Of a stretch of 64,000 bases of DNA, positions 10,218 to 23,083 are shown one piece after another (within the stretch, counting starts at the first letter, position 1; each line of letters starts with the position of its first letter). Location of the stretch: positions 437-64,436 of the forward strand of contig JBBRWV010000003.1 in assembly GCA_038248985.1 (NCBI GenBank), written 5' to 3'. Under the pieces are notes generated by a model. The model saw only the letters and a list, made by a program, of their open reading frames with translations, was not told the DNA's origin and searched no databases. The DNA comes from Phycisphaerae bacterium. Lineage in GTDB: Bacteria > Planctomycetota > Phycisphaerae > WQYP01. The position numbers and the translations under genes were made by a program.

Positions 10218-11359
10218 GGCGTCACCTGCTGCATGGAGGCGGTCGCAGGGGTGGGTTGTTGGAACGACCCGCTCCAGCGTCCGCCGAGACGGGCGTATTT
10301 GAAATAGGCCTGGCAGGTACCTTCGGAACTGACCATGCAGGGACCGAGGGGATGGACGGGGGTGCAACTTCGGCCGAAACTTTTGCAGTCATGGGGTGTG
10401 GCGATGCCGGTGATGACTTGGCCGCAGATGCAGCCGGGCAATTCACGCGGGACTGGAAGGGGGAGGGAAAATTTCTGCTGCGCGTCAAAGGAGTGAAACT
10501 CCGGGCGAAGGGCGAGGCCGCTGGAGGGAATAACTCCCAAGCCGCGCCAGCGGACGTCGATGATGGTGAATACTTCGTTCAGCAGTTGCTGGGCGACGAG
10601 GTTGCCGGCGGGGTTGACGACTTCGGTGTAGTCATTGATCAATTCGGGGCGGTTATCGCGGGCCATTTGGGCGAGATGAAGGAGGGCGCGGGCCATGTGG
10701 ATTTCTTCGAAGCCAGCGATGACGCAGGGAAATTTGTAGAGATCGACGATCGGTCGATAGACTGCGGAACCGATGACGGCGGAGACGTGGCCGGGACAGA
10801 GGAAGCCGTCGATCTGGACGGCACCGGCGGCGAGCAATGCGAGCATCGCGGGCACGACACGTTTGTGGCTGGCGAGGACGCTGAAGTTGGGAAACGACTG
10901 CTGCTTGGCGAGGCGCACGACGGCGGCGGTGGCAGGGGCTGTGGTTTCGAAGCCGACGGCGGCGAACACGACCTGCCGGGCGGGATGTTGGCGGGCGAGC
11001 GTCAGGGCGTCGATGGCGCTGTAAACGACGCGAATGTCGGCACCGCGACTGCGGGCTTGTTCGAGGGTGCCGCTGCGGCCGGGAACGCGGAGCATGTCGC
11101 CGTAGGTGCAGAGAATCAGATCGTCGTGCTGGGCCAGGTACACGAGAGTGTCGATGTCTTCCTGGGCGGTGACGCAGACGGGGCAACCAGGGCCGCTGAG
11201 GAGGGTGACGTTGTCGGGGAGGAGGCTATGGAGGCCGCTACGAAAGGCGCTCATCGTGTGGGTGCCGCACACTTCCATGAAGCGCAACGGTCGGTGGACG
11301 GCGGCGCTGACGGCCGCAAGCTGGGCGAGGCAATCGGAAATTATTGGGGGGCTGGTCAT
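10214..11359 (-). CDS. hypD: hydrogenase maturation protein HypD
   Basis: 381 aa; MEVCGTHT, GPGCPVCV and FETTAP HypD motifs. Confidence 0.9.
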   Translation of the reverse strand: MTSPPIISDCLAQLAAVSAAVHRPLRFMEVCGTHTMSAFRSGLHSLLPDNVTLLSGPGCPVCVTAQEDIDTLVYLAQHDDLILCTYGDMLRVPGRSGTLEQARSRGADIRVVYSAIDALTLARQHPARQVVFAAVGFETTAPATAAVVRLAKQQSFPNFSVLASHKRVVPAMLALLAAGAVQIDGFLCPGHVSAVIGSAVYRPIVDLYKFPCVIAGFEEIHMARALLHLAQMARDNRPELINDYTEVVNPAGNLVAQQLLNEVFTIIDVRWRGLGVIPSSGLALRPEFHSFDAQQKFSLPLPVPRELPGCICGQVITGIATPHDCKSFGRSCTPVHPLGPCMVSSEGTCQAYFKYARLGGRWSGSFQQPTPATASMQQVTP

Positions 11360-14247
11360 GCGTGGGCTTTGTGCCTTTCGCTGAAAATGCGAGCGGCAAT
11401 GGCGGCTTGTCCGTAGGCGATGCCACCGTCATTGGGGGGAACGAGCTGATGTGTGAGGACCTGGAGTTTGTGTGCCTGCAGGATGTGTGAAAGGGCATCG
11501 GTGAGCAGAGTGTTGCAGAAGACGCCGCCGGAGAGACCAACGATGGACACCTGGTGCGTGATGGCGAGGCGATGGACGAGTTCGGAAAAACCCAGGGCGA
11601 GTTGATCGTGGAAGGCGCGGGCGAGCAGGGTCGTGGACACGCCTTGTTGACGGCCTTCGACGAGCGCTTTGAAAAGCGGGGCGAAACTGAGTTCGATGAG
11701 GCCGGTAGAAGATTCTTGAATGGACCAGCTGGGGGGGAATGGTGAGTGACCGGAGACGTCGGCACTGGCTGCGGCTTCAAGGGTTTGGGCGGCCTGGCCT
11801 TCGTAGCTGTTCACGGCACACAGGCCGAGAATTGCGGCAGCGCCATCGAAGAGGCGTCCTGTGCTGCTGGACCAGGGACAACGGAAGCCGCGTGAGATCA
11901 TGGCGGCGAGACTTGCGAGCTCGGCAGAGTCGGGGAAGAGCAGGTGGGTGATCGGCAGGTCAAGGAAGGCCTCGCCGTATGCAGCGTAGAGCAGGCTGAG
12001 GGCGGCGCGGTCAGGGTGTTTTGCGGCGGCATCGCCACCGGGCAGACGAAGGGGCTTGAGCCGGGCGACACGTTGGAAGCGCGCGTGGCGAACAAGAAAC
12101 ACCTCGCCGCCCCAGATCGTGCCATCGGCGCCAAAGCCTGAACCATCGCAGACGAGGGCCAGGGCGGGTGGGGCCGCGGGGCTGAAGGCGCCGGACTCGG
12201 TCAAAACTGCGGCGGCGTGGGCCTGGTGATGCTGCACGCCGATCAAGGGAACTTGCCAACGCGCGGCGAGCTGCACGGCAAAAGTGGTGCTGAGATAAGC
12301 GGGGTGCAGGTCATGGGCGACAAATTGTGGTGTGACGGAAAAGAGACGAAGCAGGTCGTCAATCGCCTGTTGGAAATGGGTGAATGCGACGGCGTTGCTC
12401 AGATCGCCGAGATGCTGGCTGAGGATGACCTCGCCTTGGCGCAGCACCGCCACCGTGTCTTTCAGTTCCGCACCGACGCAGAGGCCGGCGATTTCCGTGG
12501 AGGTTCCGGCAAGCGGCAGGGGGGCAGGAACGAATCCCCGCGAACGACGAATGGGCAGGGGCGTTTTCTCCTGGCCACGATCAAGGAGAACGGAGTCATC
12601 GACACAACGCTGAATCGGACGGTCGTGGAGCAACAGGCCGTCAGCGAGTGGACCAAGACGGGACAGGGCCTCGGCGTTATCGATAACGAGTGGTTCGTCG
12701 GTCTGGTTGCCGCTGGTCATGACCAGGGCGGGGAGAGTTGGAAGGCGTTTGCGCAAGGCATCCCAGAGCAGATGATGAAGCGGGGTATACGCCAGCATGA
12801 CGCCGAGGCGGTGATTTCCGGGGGCGACGGCGGGGGCGATGAGGCCGCTATCCTGGCGCGGGGCCAAGACGATGGGAGCGCGGGGACTGGTGAGTTCGCG
12901 GACGGCGGGGTGTGAAAGTCGTACGAGTTGGTGAGCTGCGGCGAGATCGGGGACCATGAGGGCAAACGGCTTTTGATCACGGTGCTTGCGCAGGCGGAGG
13001 CGGGAAACGGCGACGTGGTTATCGGCGCGCACGGCGAGGTGAAATCCGCCGAGGCCTTTGAGGGCAACGATTTGGCCGGCGAGGATCTGAGCCACGGCGG
13101 CGTCGATGGCCTCTTGGCCGACGGGGTGTCCGGAGGAGGAGGGCGGCGGAGAAACATCCAGAAAGGTGAGAGTGGGACCGCATTGCGGACAGCAAGTGGG
13201 CTGGGCGTGAAAGCGCCGATCGGTCGGATTCTCATATTCACGCCGACACTGATCACACAGTGAGAAGTCTGCCATCGTGGTATTCGCCCGGTCGTAGGGC
13301 ACGTTGCGAATGATGCTGAACCGCGGGCCACAGTGGGTGCAGTTCACGAGCGCGTGCGTGAAACGACGATCTTGAACATTTCGCATCTCGAGCAAACACG
13401 AGGGACAGGCGGCCGTGTCGATGGCGACGTCCGCAGAGGCGTGGGGCGAGGCTATGCTATCGAGCACGCGAAAGGTTGATTCGGATTTCGCGATTGGAAT
13501 ACGCTCTCGGGAGAGGGCCTTCACTTGTGCCAGCGGAGGTTGATCGGCATGGAACATGCGTTCGAATTGATTCAGGGGGCGCGACGTGCCCTGCACTTCG
13601 ATCCACACGCCGGCACCGTCGTTGAGCACGGAGCCGGTCACGCCGGCGCTGTTGGCGATACGATGCACGAAGGGTCGAAAGCCCACGCCTTGCACCTGGC
13701 CACGGACACGCCAACGCCATCGGGAGAGTGTTGGATTCTCCGGATCTGCTGTTTCGGCGGGCTGGGGGTTTTGCCATGTGGCCACATTTTGGAGGGTCAG
13801 CGACACCGCTTCATTTACCGCGTGCGTCACGAGGGGAGAAAGCGAATTACCGAGGGCAAACGAGTCGGCGCCAATCGTCACCGTCACGGCGCGCGGCACA
13901 TGACCATAGAGTTGTTGCGTCCATCCCAGCAATTGGCCGGGCGTCATGTGATGGCCCAGCGTTCCCAGATTGCACGTTTCGGCATCGAGATATTCCCAAT
14001 GCACTTCCCCCGCAGGGTGCTGACATGAGGCATCGATGAAAACCGCGAGGGATGCCTCATGCACCGCGGCGCAATGTTCAGGAAGCAGTTGATGGGTGGT
14101 GAGGCAAACAGCACCGCGCGCAGAGAGCTCTTTTTCCAGGGCATGCACGGCGACGGCACCGACGCCATCATCGGCGCGCAACGTATTGCCGATGCCCATC
14201 ACCAGCACGCCGGTTGCGTCGAGCGTCTCAGTCACGTCGCACTTCAT
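11356..14247 (-). CDS. hypF: fusion protein: N-terminal [NiFe]-hydrogenase maturation endopeptidase (HoxW/HybD-like) domain plus full-length carbamoyltransferase HypF
   Basis: N-terminal ~180 aa contain the protease signature VLVMGIGNTLRADDGVGAVAV...HVPRAVTVTIGADSF; continues without stop or alternative start into the HypF acylphosphatase domain (RWRVRGQVQGVGFRPFV), two CxxC zinc fingers, YrdC-like and Kae1-like domains; start MKCDV overlaps the hoxH stop by ~20 nt. Confidence 0.8.
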   Translation of the reverse strand: MKCDVTETLDATGVLVMGIGNTLRADDGVGAVAVHALEKELSARGAVCLTTHQLLPEHCAAVHEASLAVFIDASCQHPAGEVHWEYLDAETCNLGTLGHHMTPGQLLGWTQQLYGHVPRAVTVTIGADSFALGNSLSPLVTHAVNEAVSLTLQNVATWQNPQPAETADPENPTLSRWRWRVRGQVQGVGFRPFVHRIANSAGVTGSVLNDGAGVWIEVQGTSRPLNQFERMFHADQPPLAQVKALSRERIPIAKSESTFRVLDSIASPHASADVAIDTAACPSCLLEMRNVQDRRFTHALVNCTHCGPRFSIIRNVPYDRANTTMADFSLCDQCRREYENPTDRRFHAQPTCCPQCGPTLTFLDVSPPPSSSGHPVGQEAIDAAVAQILAGQIVALKGLGGFHLAVRADNHVAVSRLRLRKHRDQKPFALMVPDLAAAHQLVRLSHPAVRELTSPRAPIVLAPRQDSGLIAPAVAPGNHRLGVMLAYTPLHHLLWDALRKRLPTLPALVMTSGNQTDEPLVIDNAEALSRLGPLADGLLLHDRPIQRCVDDSVLLDRGQEKTPLPIRRSRGFVPAPLPLAGTSTEIAGLCVGAELKDTVAVLRQGEVILSQHLGDLSNAVAFTHFQQAIDDLLRLFSVTPQFVAHDLHPAYLSTTFAVQLAARWQVPLIGVQHHQAHAAAVLTESGAFSPAAPPALALVCDGSGFGADGTIWGGEVFLVRHARFQRVARLKPLRLPGGDAAAKHPDRAALSLLYAAYGEAFLDLPITHLLFPDSAELASLAAMISRGFRCPWSSSTGRLFDGAAAILGLCAVNSYEGQAAQTLEAAASADVSGHSPFPPSWSIQESSTGLIELSFAPLFKALVEGRQQGVSTTLLARAFHDQLALGFSELVHRLAITHQVSIVGLSGGVFCNTLLTDALSHILQAHKLQVLTHQLVPPNDGGIAYGQAAIAARIFSERHKAHA

Positions 14248-15658
14248 CGACGATCCGTCCTTCCGCATCGTGCAGCTCAATGTGCAACGCCATCTGCCCC
14301 AGGGCATGTGTGGAGCACGAGAGGCACGGATCAAAGCATCGCACGACCGCCTCGACGCGGTTGAGCATTCCTTCGTTCAGCTTGTTGCCATCGACGAAGC
14401 GCTCCGCCACTTGCCGGACGCCGCGACTGATGGCGAGGTTGTTGTGGCCGGTGGCGATGATGAGGTTGGCCCAGACCATCTGGCCATTGCGGTCAATCTT
14501 GTAGTGGTGGATCAGCGTGCCGCGCGGCGCTTCGGAGATACCGACGCCCTCCAGTCGATTGGGGCGGGCGCGGGCGCGGACGAAGGGGTCGAGGATGTCG
14601 GGGGCTTCGAGCAGGCCCTGCATGACTTCGAGCGCGTTGATGATTTCAATCAAGCGTGCCCAGTGAAAATGGAAACTGCTGGCAGCGGGCCAACCGGCGC
14701 GCAGGCGGAATATTTCGAGTTCCGCATCCGCGAGCGGGGTGCCGCAGCGGTCAATGACGTTCAAGCGGGCCAGTGGTCCCACCCGATAGAGTCCCGCCGG
14801 ATAGCCGCCGGGCAGGTAGTAGGGGAACTTCAGGTAGGACCAGTTTTCGACGGCCTCGCCGATAAATTTCTGATAGTCGTTGGCGTGAATGTTGTCAGCC
14901 ACGATATTTCCATCGGCATCGACAAATCGCAAGACGCCGTCGTATTGTTCGAGCAAGCCTTCGGGGCTGACGGTGCCCATGTAGAGGCTGGGGAAATTGG
15001 CGAATGATTCGATTTCCGCGGTGAAGCATTCGATCACGGTTTTGAACCAATCAATGGTGCGGCGGGCGATTGCCATCGCCTGCGGAATTTCCTTAGCGAT
15101 TCGATCGCGGCGCTCGGCACCCAAGGGGTCTGAGACGCCGCCGGCCACGACCCATGCGGGATGGATGCGTTTTCCGCCCAGCAGGGCAATGATTTCCTGA
15201 CCGAAGCGACGAAGGGCCACGCCGTCGCGCAGCAGTTCGGGGTGTTTCTGGGCCAGGCCGACAACATTGCGAATGGCCGGATCGGCATCCATGCCCAGCA
15301 TGAGGTCCGGGCTGGTGAGGTGGAAGAAGGAAAGTGCATGAGATTGCACGAGTTGGGCCAGGTGCATCAGTTTGCGCAGCTTTACGGCAGTGGGCGGAAT
15401 TTCGACGGCGAGGAGGGCATCGCACGCTTTGGCGGAAGCCATCAAATGGCTGACCGGGCAAATGCCGCAGATGCGGGCCATGATGGAGGGCATTTCGGTC
15501 AGAGGGCGGCCTTCGACGAATTTTTCAAAGCCGCGAAACTGAGTGACATGGAATTGCGCATCAACGAGTTTGCCATGAGCATCCAGTTGCAGCGTGATTT
15601 TGCCGTGTCCTTCAATACGGGTGACGGGATCAATCGTGATGGTGCGAGTGGCAGACAT
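14228..15658 (-). CDS. hoxH: [NiFe] hydrogenase large subunit (bidirectional/NAD(P)-linked group 3 type)
   Basis: 476 aa; N-terminal RIEGHGKI (L1 RxEGH) with CGICPVSH, C-terminal [12 protein letters not shown] (DPCxxCxxH) followed by a short cleavable extension. Confidence 0.9.
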   Translation of the reverse strand: MSATRTITIDPVTRIEGHGKITLQLDAHGKLVDAQFHVTQFRGFEKFVEGRPLTEMPSIMARICGICPVSHLMASAKACDALLAVEIPPTAVKLRKLMHLAQLVQSHALSFFHLTSPDLMLGMDADPAIRNVVGLAQKHPELLRDGVALRRFGQEIIALLGGKRIHPAWVVAGGVSDPLGAERRDRIAKEIPQAMAIARRTIDWFKTVIECFTAEIESFANFPSLYMGTVSPEGLLEQYDGVLRFVDADGNIVADNIHANDYQKFIGEAVENWSYLKFPYYLPGGYPAGLYRVGPLARLNVIDRCGTPLADAELEIFRLRAGWPAASSFHFHWARLIEIINALEVMQGLLEAPDILDPFVRARARPNRLEGVGISEAPRGTLIHHYKIDRNGQMVWANLIIATGHNNLAISRGVRQVAERFVDGNKLNEGMLNRVEAVVRCFDPCLSCSTHALGQMALHIELHDAEGRIVDEVRRD

Positions 15659-15714
15659 CGAGACATCTCACTTCTGGGGCGCGGGCCCCGTTTTGCAACG
15701 ATGCCAGGTGGGCA

Positions 15715-16263
15715 TCACATACCGAACCGCGTCAGCAAGCTGGGGTTGGGGATGCGGCCGGCCAGCAATTCGGTCAGCACGTAAAGGATGGCTTCGGCGG
15801 GTGGCGGGCAACCCGGCACAAATACATCCACAGAAACCAGTTCATGAATTGGCCGGGCCCGGCGTTGTAGCACCGGAATCTGTACCGTGGGACGGCGTGA
15901 GACGCCCGTGGCCGGCGGATAGTCCGCGTTTTCGTCGTAGGCGCGGGCGAAGAGTTGCTCAGTTTTGAAGGGGTTGCGCATGCCCGGCACGTTGGACGTC
16001 ACCGCGCAATCGCCCAGCGATACGAGGATCTTGGTGCGAGCGCGAATCTTTTGAATCTTGTGCAAATCTTCTGAGCTGCTGACGGCGCCCTCGACCAGCG
16101 TGACGTCCACCCCTTCGGGAAACTCCTTGATATCCATGAGCGGCGAGCAGACCAGATCGACCATGCCTAGCACATCGAGCAGGCGTTCATCGAGATCGAG
16201 CAGGGACATGTGGCATCCGGAGCATCCATCCAACCAGGCTGTCGCAATGCGTGGCTTAGCCAT
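15715..16263 (-). CDS. hoxY: [NiFe] hydrogenase small subunit (NuoB-like)
   Basis: 182 aa; IATAWLDGCSGCHMS and GCPP cysteine motifs for the proximal [4Fe-4S] cluster, typical of HoxY / 20 kDa-subunit-like proteins. Confidence 0.85.
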   Translation of the reverse strand: MAKPRIATAWLDGCSGCHMSLLDLDERLLDVLGMVDLVCSPLMDIKEFPEGVDVTLVEGAVSSSEDLHKIQKIRARTKILVSLGDCAVTSNVPGMRNPFKTEQLFARAYDENADYPPATGVSRRPTVQIPVLQRRARPIHELVSVDVFVPGCPPPAEAILYVLTELLAGRIPNPSLLTRFGM

Positions 16264-16965
16264 TCCATTTCTCCCGCATGATGGTCAGATAGGGCAGGAA
16301 TTGCCGGCGTTTCCGCATACCTGCCACGCTGGTGCCTTTTTGTGAGAGTGCACCGGTGGGGCAAACGTGGACGCACTTGGCACAACTGGTGCAGGACGGG
16401 GATTCACCCCACGGCTGGGCCATGTCCGTGATCACCAACGACTCAATGCCGCGGCCGGAGACATCCCATGTGTGCGCCCCTTCGACTTCATCGCAGACAC
16501 GCACGCACCGGCCACAGAGAATGCAGCGGTTGTGATCTTTGCGGAACAGATCGTGGGAGCTATCCACGGGGAGAATTGGATAGCGGTAGGGCAAGCCGAT
16601 ATGGGTGATGCCCAATTTTTGGGCCAGCTCCTGCAATTCGCAATGGCCATTCGACACGCATACCGAGCAGATGTGGTTCCGCTCGGAGAAAAGCAGCTCG
16701 ATGATCATGCGGCGATAATTCTCCAGCCGGGGAGAGTTCGTCACTACCTCCATGCCCTGTGCGGCCAGCGTTACGCAGGCGGGAAGGAGACGATTGATGC
16801 CTTTTACTTCGACCAGGCACAGGCGGCAGGCCCCGACGCCGGTAAGGCCCTCGAGAAAGCAGAGGGTGGGGATGAATATGCCATGCCGCCGTGCGACCGA
16901 GAGCAAGGTTTCATCGGCGTCGGCGTCGATATAGCGACCATCCATCATGAGCACGATTTTTGCGG

Positions 16966-16969
<4 letters not shown>
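16256..16969 (-). CDS. hoxU: diaphorase iron-sulfur subunit HoxU (NuoG N-terminal-like: 2Fe-2S ferredoxin plus 4Fe-4S)
   Basis: 237 aa; plant-type 2Fe-2S motif (CFLEGLTGVGACRLC), His/Cys cluster (HICSVCVSNGHC) and ferredoxin-type CILCGRCVRVC...CTSCAKCVHVCP. Confidence 0.85.
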
Positions 16970-20165
<3,196 letters not shown>

Positions 20166-20169
<4 letters not shown>

Positions 20170-20744
20170 GCGGGCGTTCCTTTCTTCTGCCGCAGTTTTT
20201 CCACTGCGGCCAGAACTCTTTGGCGATTCATCTGACCGCTGATTTCTCCGTCGAGATCAACTACGGGGGCCATGGCGCACTGGCCGAAGCAGGCAACGGT
20301 GCGCAGTGTGACCTTGTTGTCGCGGGTGGTGAGGGAGAGGTGTTCACTGTCTTCAGCGGACGGCTCGGGAAAATCGAGACCGCCTTTGAGGGTGTCGAGC
20401 AGGATGCGGCTGCCACGGGTGTGGCAGGCTGTGCCGCGGCAGACGGTGACGGTGTGTTCACCCTGGGGGCGGAGATTGAAGAAGGAATAGAAGCTGACGA
20501 CGCTGAAAATTTGGGACAGGGGCAACTTCATGGCTTGGGCTACGGCCAGAAGGGTGGAATTCGCTAAATAGTTGTGAGGCTCGGCTTTTTGGAGTATTTC
20601 GAGCACGCTGAGGACGGCACCGGGGCGGCCACGGTGGGACGCGACGGCCTGCTCCACGAAAGACGAACCGATCACCGCTTTGGGATGTAGGTCGTCGAGC
20701 ACAGTCGCCTCCCCTTTATGACAAAGATGATTTCTACACGGCAT
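20166..20744 (-). CDS. hoxE: diaphorase subunit HoxE (NuoE-like 2Fe-2S thioredoxin-fold)
   Basis: 192 aa; CRGTACHTRG...CFGQCAMAP cysteine pattern of the NuoE/24 kDa family; first gene of the hox array. Confidence 0.8.
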
Positions 20745-20907
20745 GAAAATGATGAATCTGCCGCAAGCTACGACAAAGTATGGTCAATCCTTCAGAAGAA
20801 TACAAGACTAAATAGCCTTAATTTTGTTGGTGAGCATGATACCGGGGTATTGGTGGAAAAATGTGTGCATTTGTGGCGGCAAAGAGGGGTGAAGTGGCGT
20901 TTTTGAC
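20745..20907 (-). promoter_or_regulatory. AT-rich intergenic region upstream of hoxE; probable hox-hyp operon promoter/regulatory region
   Basis: GC drops sharply (tacaagactaaatagccttaattttgttgg...) immediately 5' of the first gene of a long co-directional array; no specific promoter elements assigned. Confidence 0.3.
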
Positions 20908-22254
20908 TCAAGAATGTGAGTCCGGCGGCGACGGGGGGGTTGGGGGCGGATTCAGAGGGGCGCTGATTGCGTGCCAACCGGGGCCAATTTCCAGGGGGGC
21001 GGGGGCGTGCGGGTGGCTGTTGAGTAGTATTGTCGAGGTATCCACGTTCTTTGGGAGGGTGACAGTGGCACGCATGGTATCCGGCAGATGGACGTTCATC
21101 AGCCATTTGCCGGCCGACTGCTCGACGCGCAGGTGGATCGGACCTTTCGGTGTGGGATGGACGACTTCCGCCCAGGCAAGGGTGCCGAGTTGGGGCCGCA
21201 GGTCGATGGATTGGAATCCGGGATCGCGGGGGAGGATGCCCATGAGGCGACGCGGGATGAGGTTGGCGGGGGCGGCACCCCAAGCGTGGTTCCAATCCTG
21301 GTTGGGTTTGAAGCGATTGTCCCAGGCTTCGAGGGTGATGGTGGAGCCGACATCGTAAAGCATGTGGGTCCAACTGCGCTCGTCACGCGAGGCAAGTAGG
21401 TTGAGTGCGTGATCGGCGCGGCTGGCGTTGTAGAGGGCTTCGAGGAGGAACTGTGCGCCATAGACGGAGCAAGCCATGCCGCGGGAGCAGAGGTAATCGG
21501 CGACGGTGTTGATGCGGCCGGGTGGGACGAGGTTGAAGGCGAGGGGGAACATATTGGCATGGATCGAGGAATGGGTGCTGCCGAGGCCATCGACATAGAG
21601 GCCGGTGGCGGGATCGACGAGGAGGGTGTTGATGGCATTCTGGGTTTGCTGGGCGAGGGTGGCGAAATGGGCGGCGTCATCCGTGTGGCCGAGAGCGGTG
21701 GCGATGCGGGCCATGAGGCTGCAAGCGTGGGCGTGGAAGCTACAGACGACGGTGTTGACCCAGCGCATGTTGTAGTTGTCGCACTCGGTATGGGGCCAAT
21801 CGATGATGTCGCGGATGGCGTCATGGTGGATGGCGTCGAGGACGGATTTGGGGGTGGGTGGTTCTATGGTGCTGAGGAGGTGGTCAGGACGGCGCAAGCC
21901 TACCACTATTTTGTGCTTAAGTTCATCATAAAAAGAGGAGAGGCTGCGGCTGTCACCGGAGTAGAGGTAGTCGGCCCAGGCCGTCATGACAGAGTGCATG
22001 ATCCACTCCGTAGGCCAGGTGGGGCGCTGGATCAGGTAATCATGGGTGTACCGGGCGAGTTCGTAATCGGCATCGCAGCAGTAGTGGCTCAGTTGATTAA
22101 TGTAGGCGTCGGCTTCGTAGGCGATGCGTTCGCGGTCGCCATCGACGTAGAGGCCGCAGAAGGTGGTGGCCTTGATGGAATAGCGGCAGAGTTCCCAGAC
22201 ATCATTGAGGACGGGGTTGGAGGAGCGGAAGGATGCCGCGGAGTCATTAGCCAT
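20908..22254 (-). CDS. GH78-like alpha-L-rhamnosidase catalytic (alpha/alpha)6 domain protein, lacking the usual N-terminal beta-sandwich domains
   Basis: 448 aa; NDVWELCRYSIKATTFCGLYVDGDRERIAYEADAYINQL and downstream regions resemble the Bac_rhamnosid six-hairpin catalytic domain; protein begins right at that domain. Confidence 0.55.
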   Translation of the reverse strand: MANDSAASFRSSNPVLNDVWELCRYSIKATTFCGLYVDGDRERIAYEADAYINQLSHYCCDADYELARYTHDYLIQRPTWPTEWIMHSVMTAWADYLYSGDSRSLSSFYDELKHKIVVGLRRPDHLLSTIEPPTPKSVLDAIHHDAIRDIIDWPHTECDNYNMRWVNTVVCSFHAHACSLMARIATALGHTDDAAHFATLAQQTQNAINTLLVDPATGLYVDGLGSTHSSIHANMFPLAFNLVPPGRINTVADYLCSRGMACSVYGAQFLLEALYNASRADHALNLLASRDERSWTHMLYDVGSTITLEAWDNRFKPNQDWNHAWGAAPANLIPRRLMGILPRDPGFQSIDLRPQLGTLAWAEVVHPTPKGPIHLRVEQSAGKWLMNVHLPDTMRATVTLPKNVDTSTILLNSHPHAPAPLEIGPGWHAISAPLNPPPTPPSPPDSHS

Positions 22255-22951
22255 TTACTGCGATGAAGCGGGTGTGAATAGATTTGACGGTAGCAGTGCA
22301 AAGTAAGTAGCCTTTCTGGGTAGTGCCGTCGTGGTTTTGGCGCGAGCGGGCGATACAGGGTGAGGTGTGGAGCGGGATGCCGTGATAGTGGTGGAGGGTT
22401 CGGCCGTGGAAATGGCCGCCGAAGGTTGCGCGCAGGCGGTGTTTGCTGAGGAGGGCGAGGAGTGTGGCGGGGTTGCGGAGGGAGTAGGGGACGGCGCGGG
22501 AGAGAGGGAAGTGAGTGAAGAGAACGGTGGGAAGGGTGGGGTTGAGTGCGGGGAGAAGTGTGCGGAGGGCGGTGAGAGTATCGAGACGGACGCGGACGTT
22601 TTGATAGGCGGTGCCGGTGCAGGTGTCGAGGGCGAGGAACTGGAAGTTTGCGTACGTAAAGACGTAGTTGGCGGAGTTTGGGAAGACGATGTCGTAGGGG
22701 GTGCGGCCCAAGGTGGGGTGATAGTCATGGTTGCCGGGGACAGTGTGGACGGGGCAGTTGAATTGAGTCAGCAGTTTTTGGACGCGGCGGAACGCGGGTA
22801 GCGAGGCGTGTTCGACGAGGTCGCCGAGGAGCATGACGAAGGTGGGGCGAAGAGCGTTGATGGATGGGATTATGCGGGAGAAATGGGTGGCGCAGGCGGG
22901 GTCGAGATAGTGGAGATCGTTGAGGAGGATGAAGCGAAGAGGGCTGGGCAT
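22247..22951 (-). CDS. calcineurin-like metallophosphoesterase
   Basis: 234 aa; LNDLHY, GDLVEH and GNHD motifs of the metallophosphatase superfamily. Confidence 0.7.
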   Translation of the reverse strand: MPSPLRFILLNDLHYLDPACATHFSRIIPSINALRPTFVMLLGDLVEHASLPAFRRVQKLLTQFNCPVHTVPGNHDYHPTLGRTPYDIVFPNSANYVFTYANFQFLALDTCTGTAYQNVRVRLDTLTALRTLLPALNPTLPTVLFTHFPLSRAVPYSLRNPATLLALLSKHRLRATFGGHFHGRTLHHYHGIPLHTSPCIARSRQNHDGTTQKGYLLCTATVKSIHTRFIAVNG

Positions 22952-23083
22952 GTGGAGCGGTTGTATCGTGATCAGGTGTGTTGTGGCAAGGGGGAAGCGG
23001 AGGATTGTTACGTGGCGTGATGAAAACGAAATGGAGTTGCGGCATTCGCCATCTGTTGGTTGAACCTTCTATAATCGCACGCC

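Noticed and set aside
12217-14100. Multiple ORFs inside the hypF locus on both strands
   Set aside because: All overlap the 992-codon hypF fusion frame, which carries unambiguous HypF motifs; alternatives are biased-composition artefacts.
11356-14247. Possibility that the protease domain and HypF are two separate genes
   Set aside because: DNA inspected at the domain junction shows no stop and no ATG/GTG/TTG start codon in the 15 codons spanning the junction (...acactctcccgatggcgttggcgtgtccgtggc); the nearest in-frame GTG falls inside the conserved GQVQGVGF block. Kept as a fusion, with a sequencing-error caveat.
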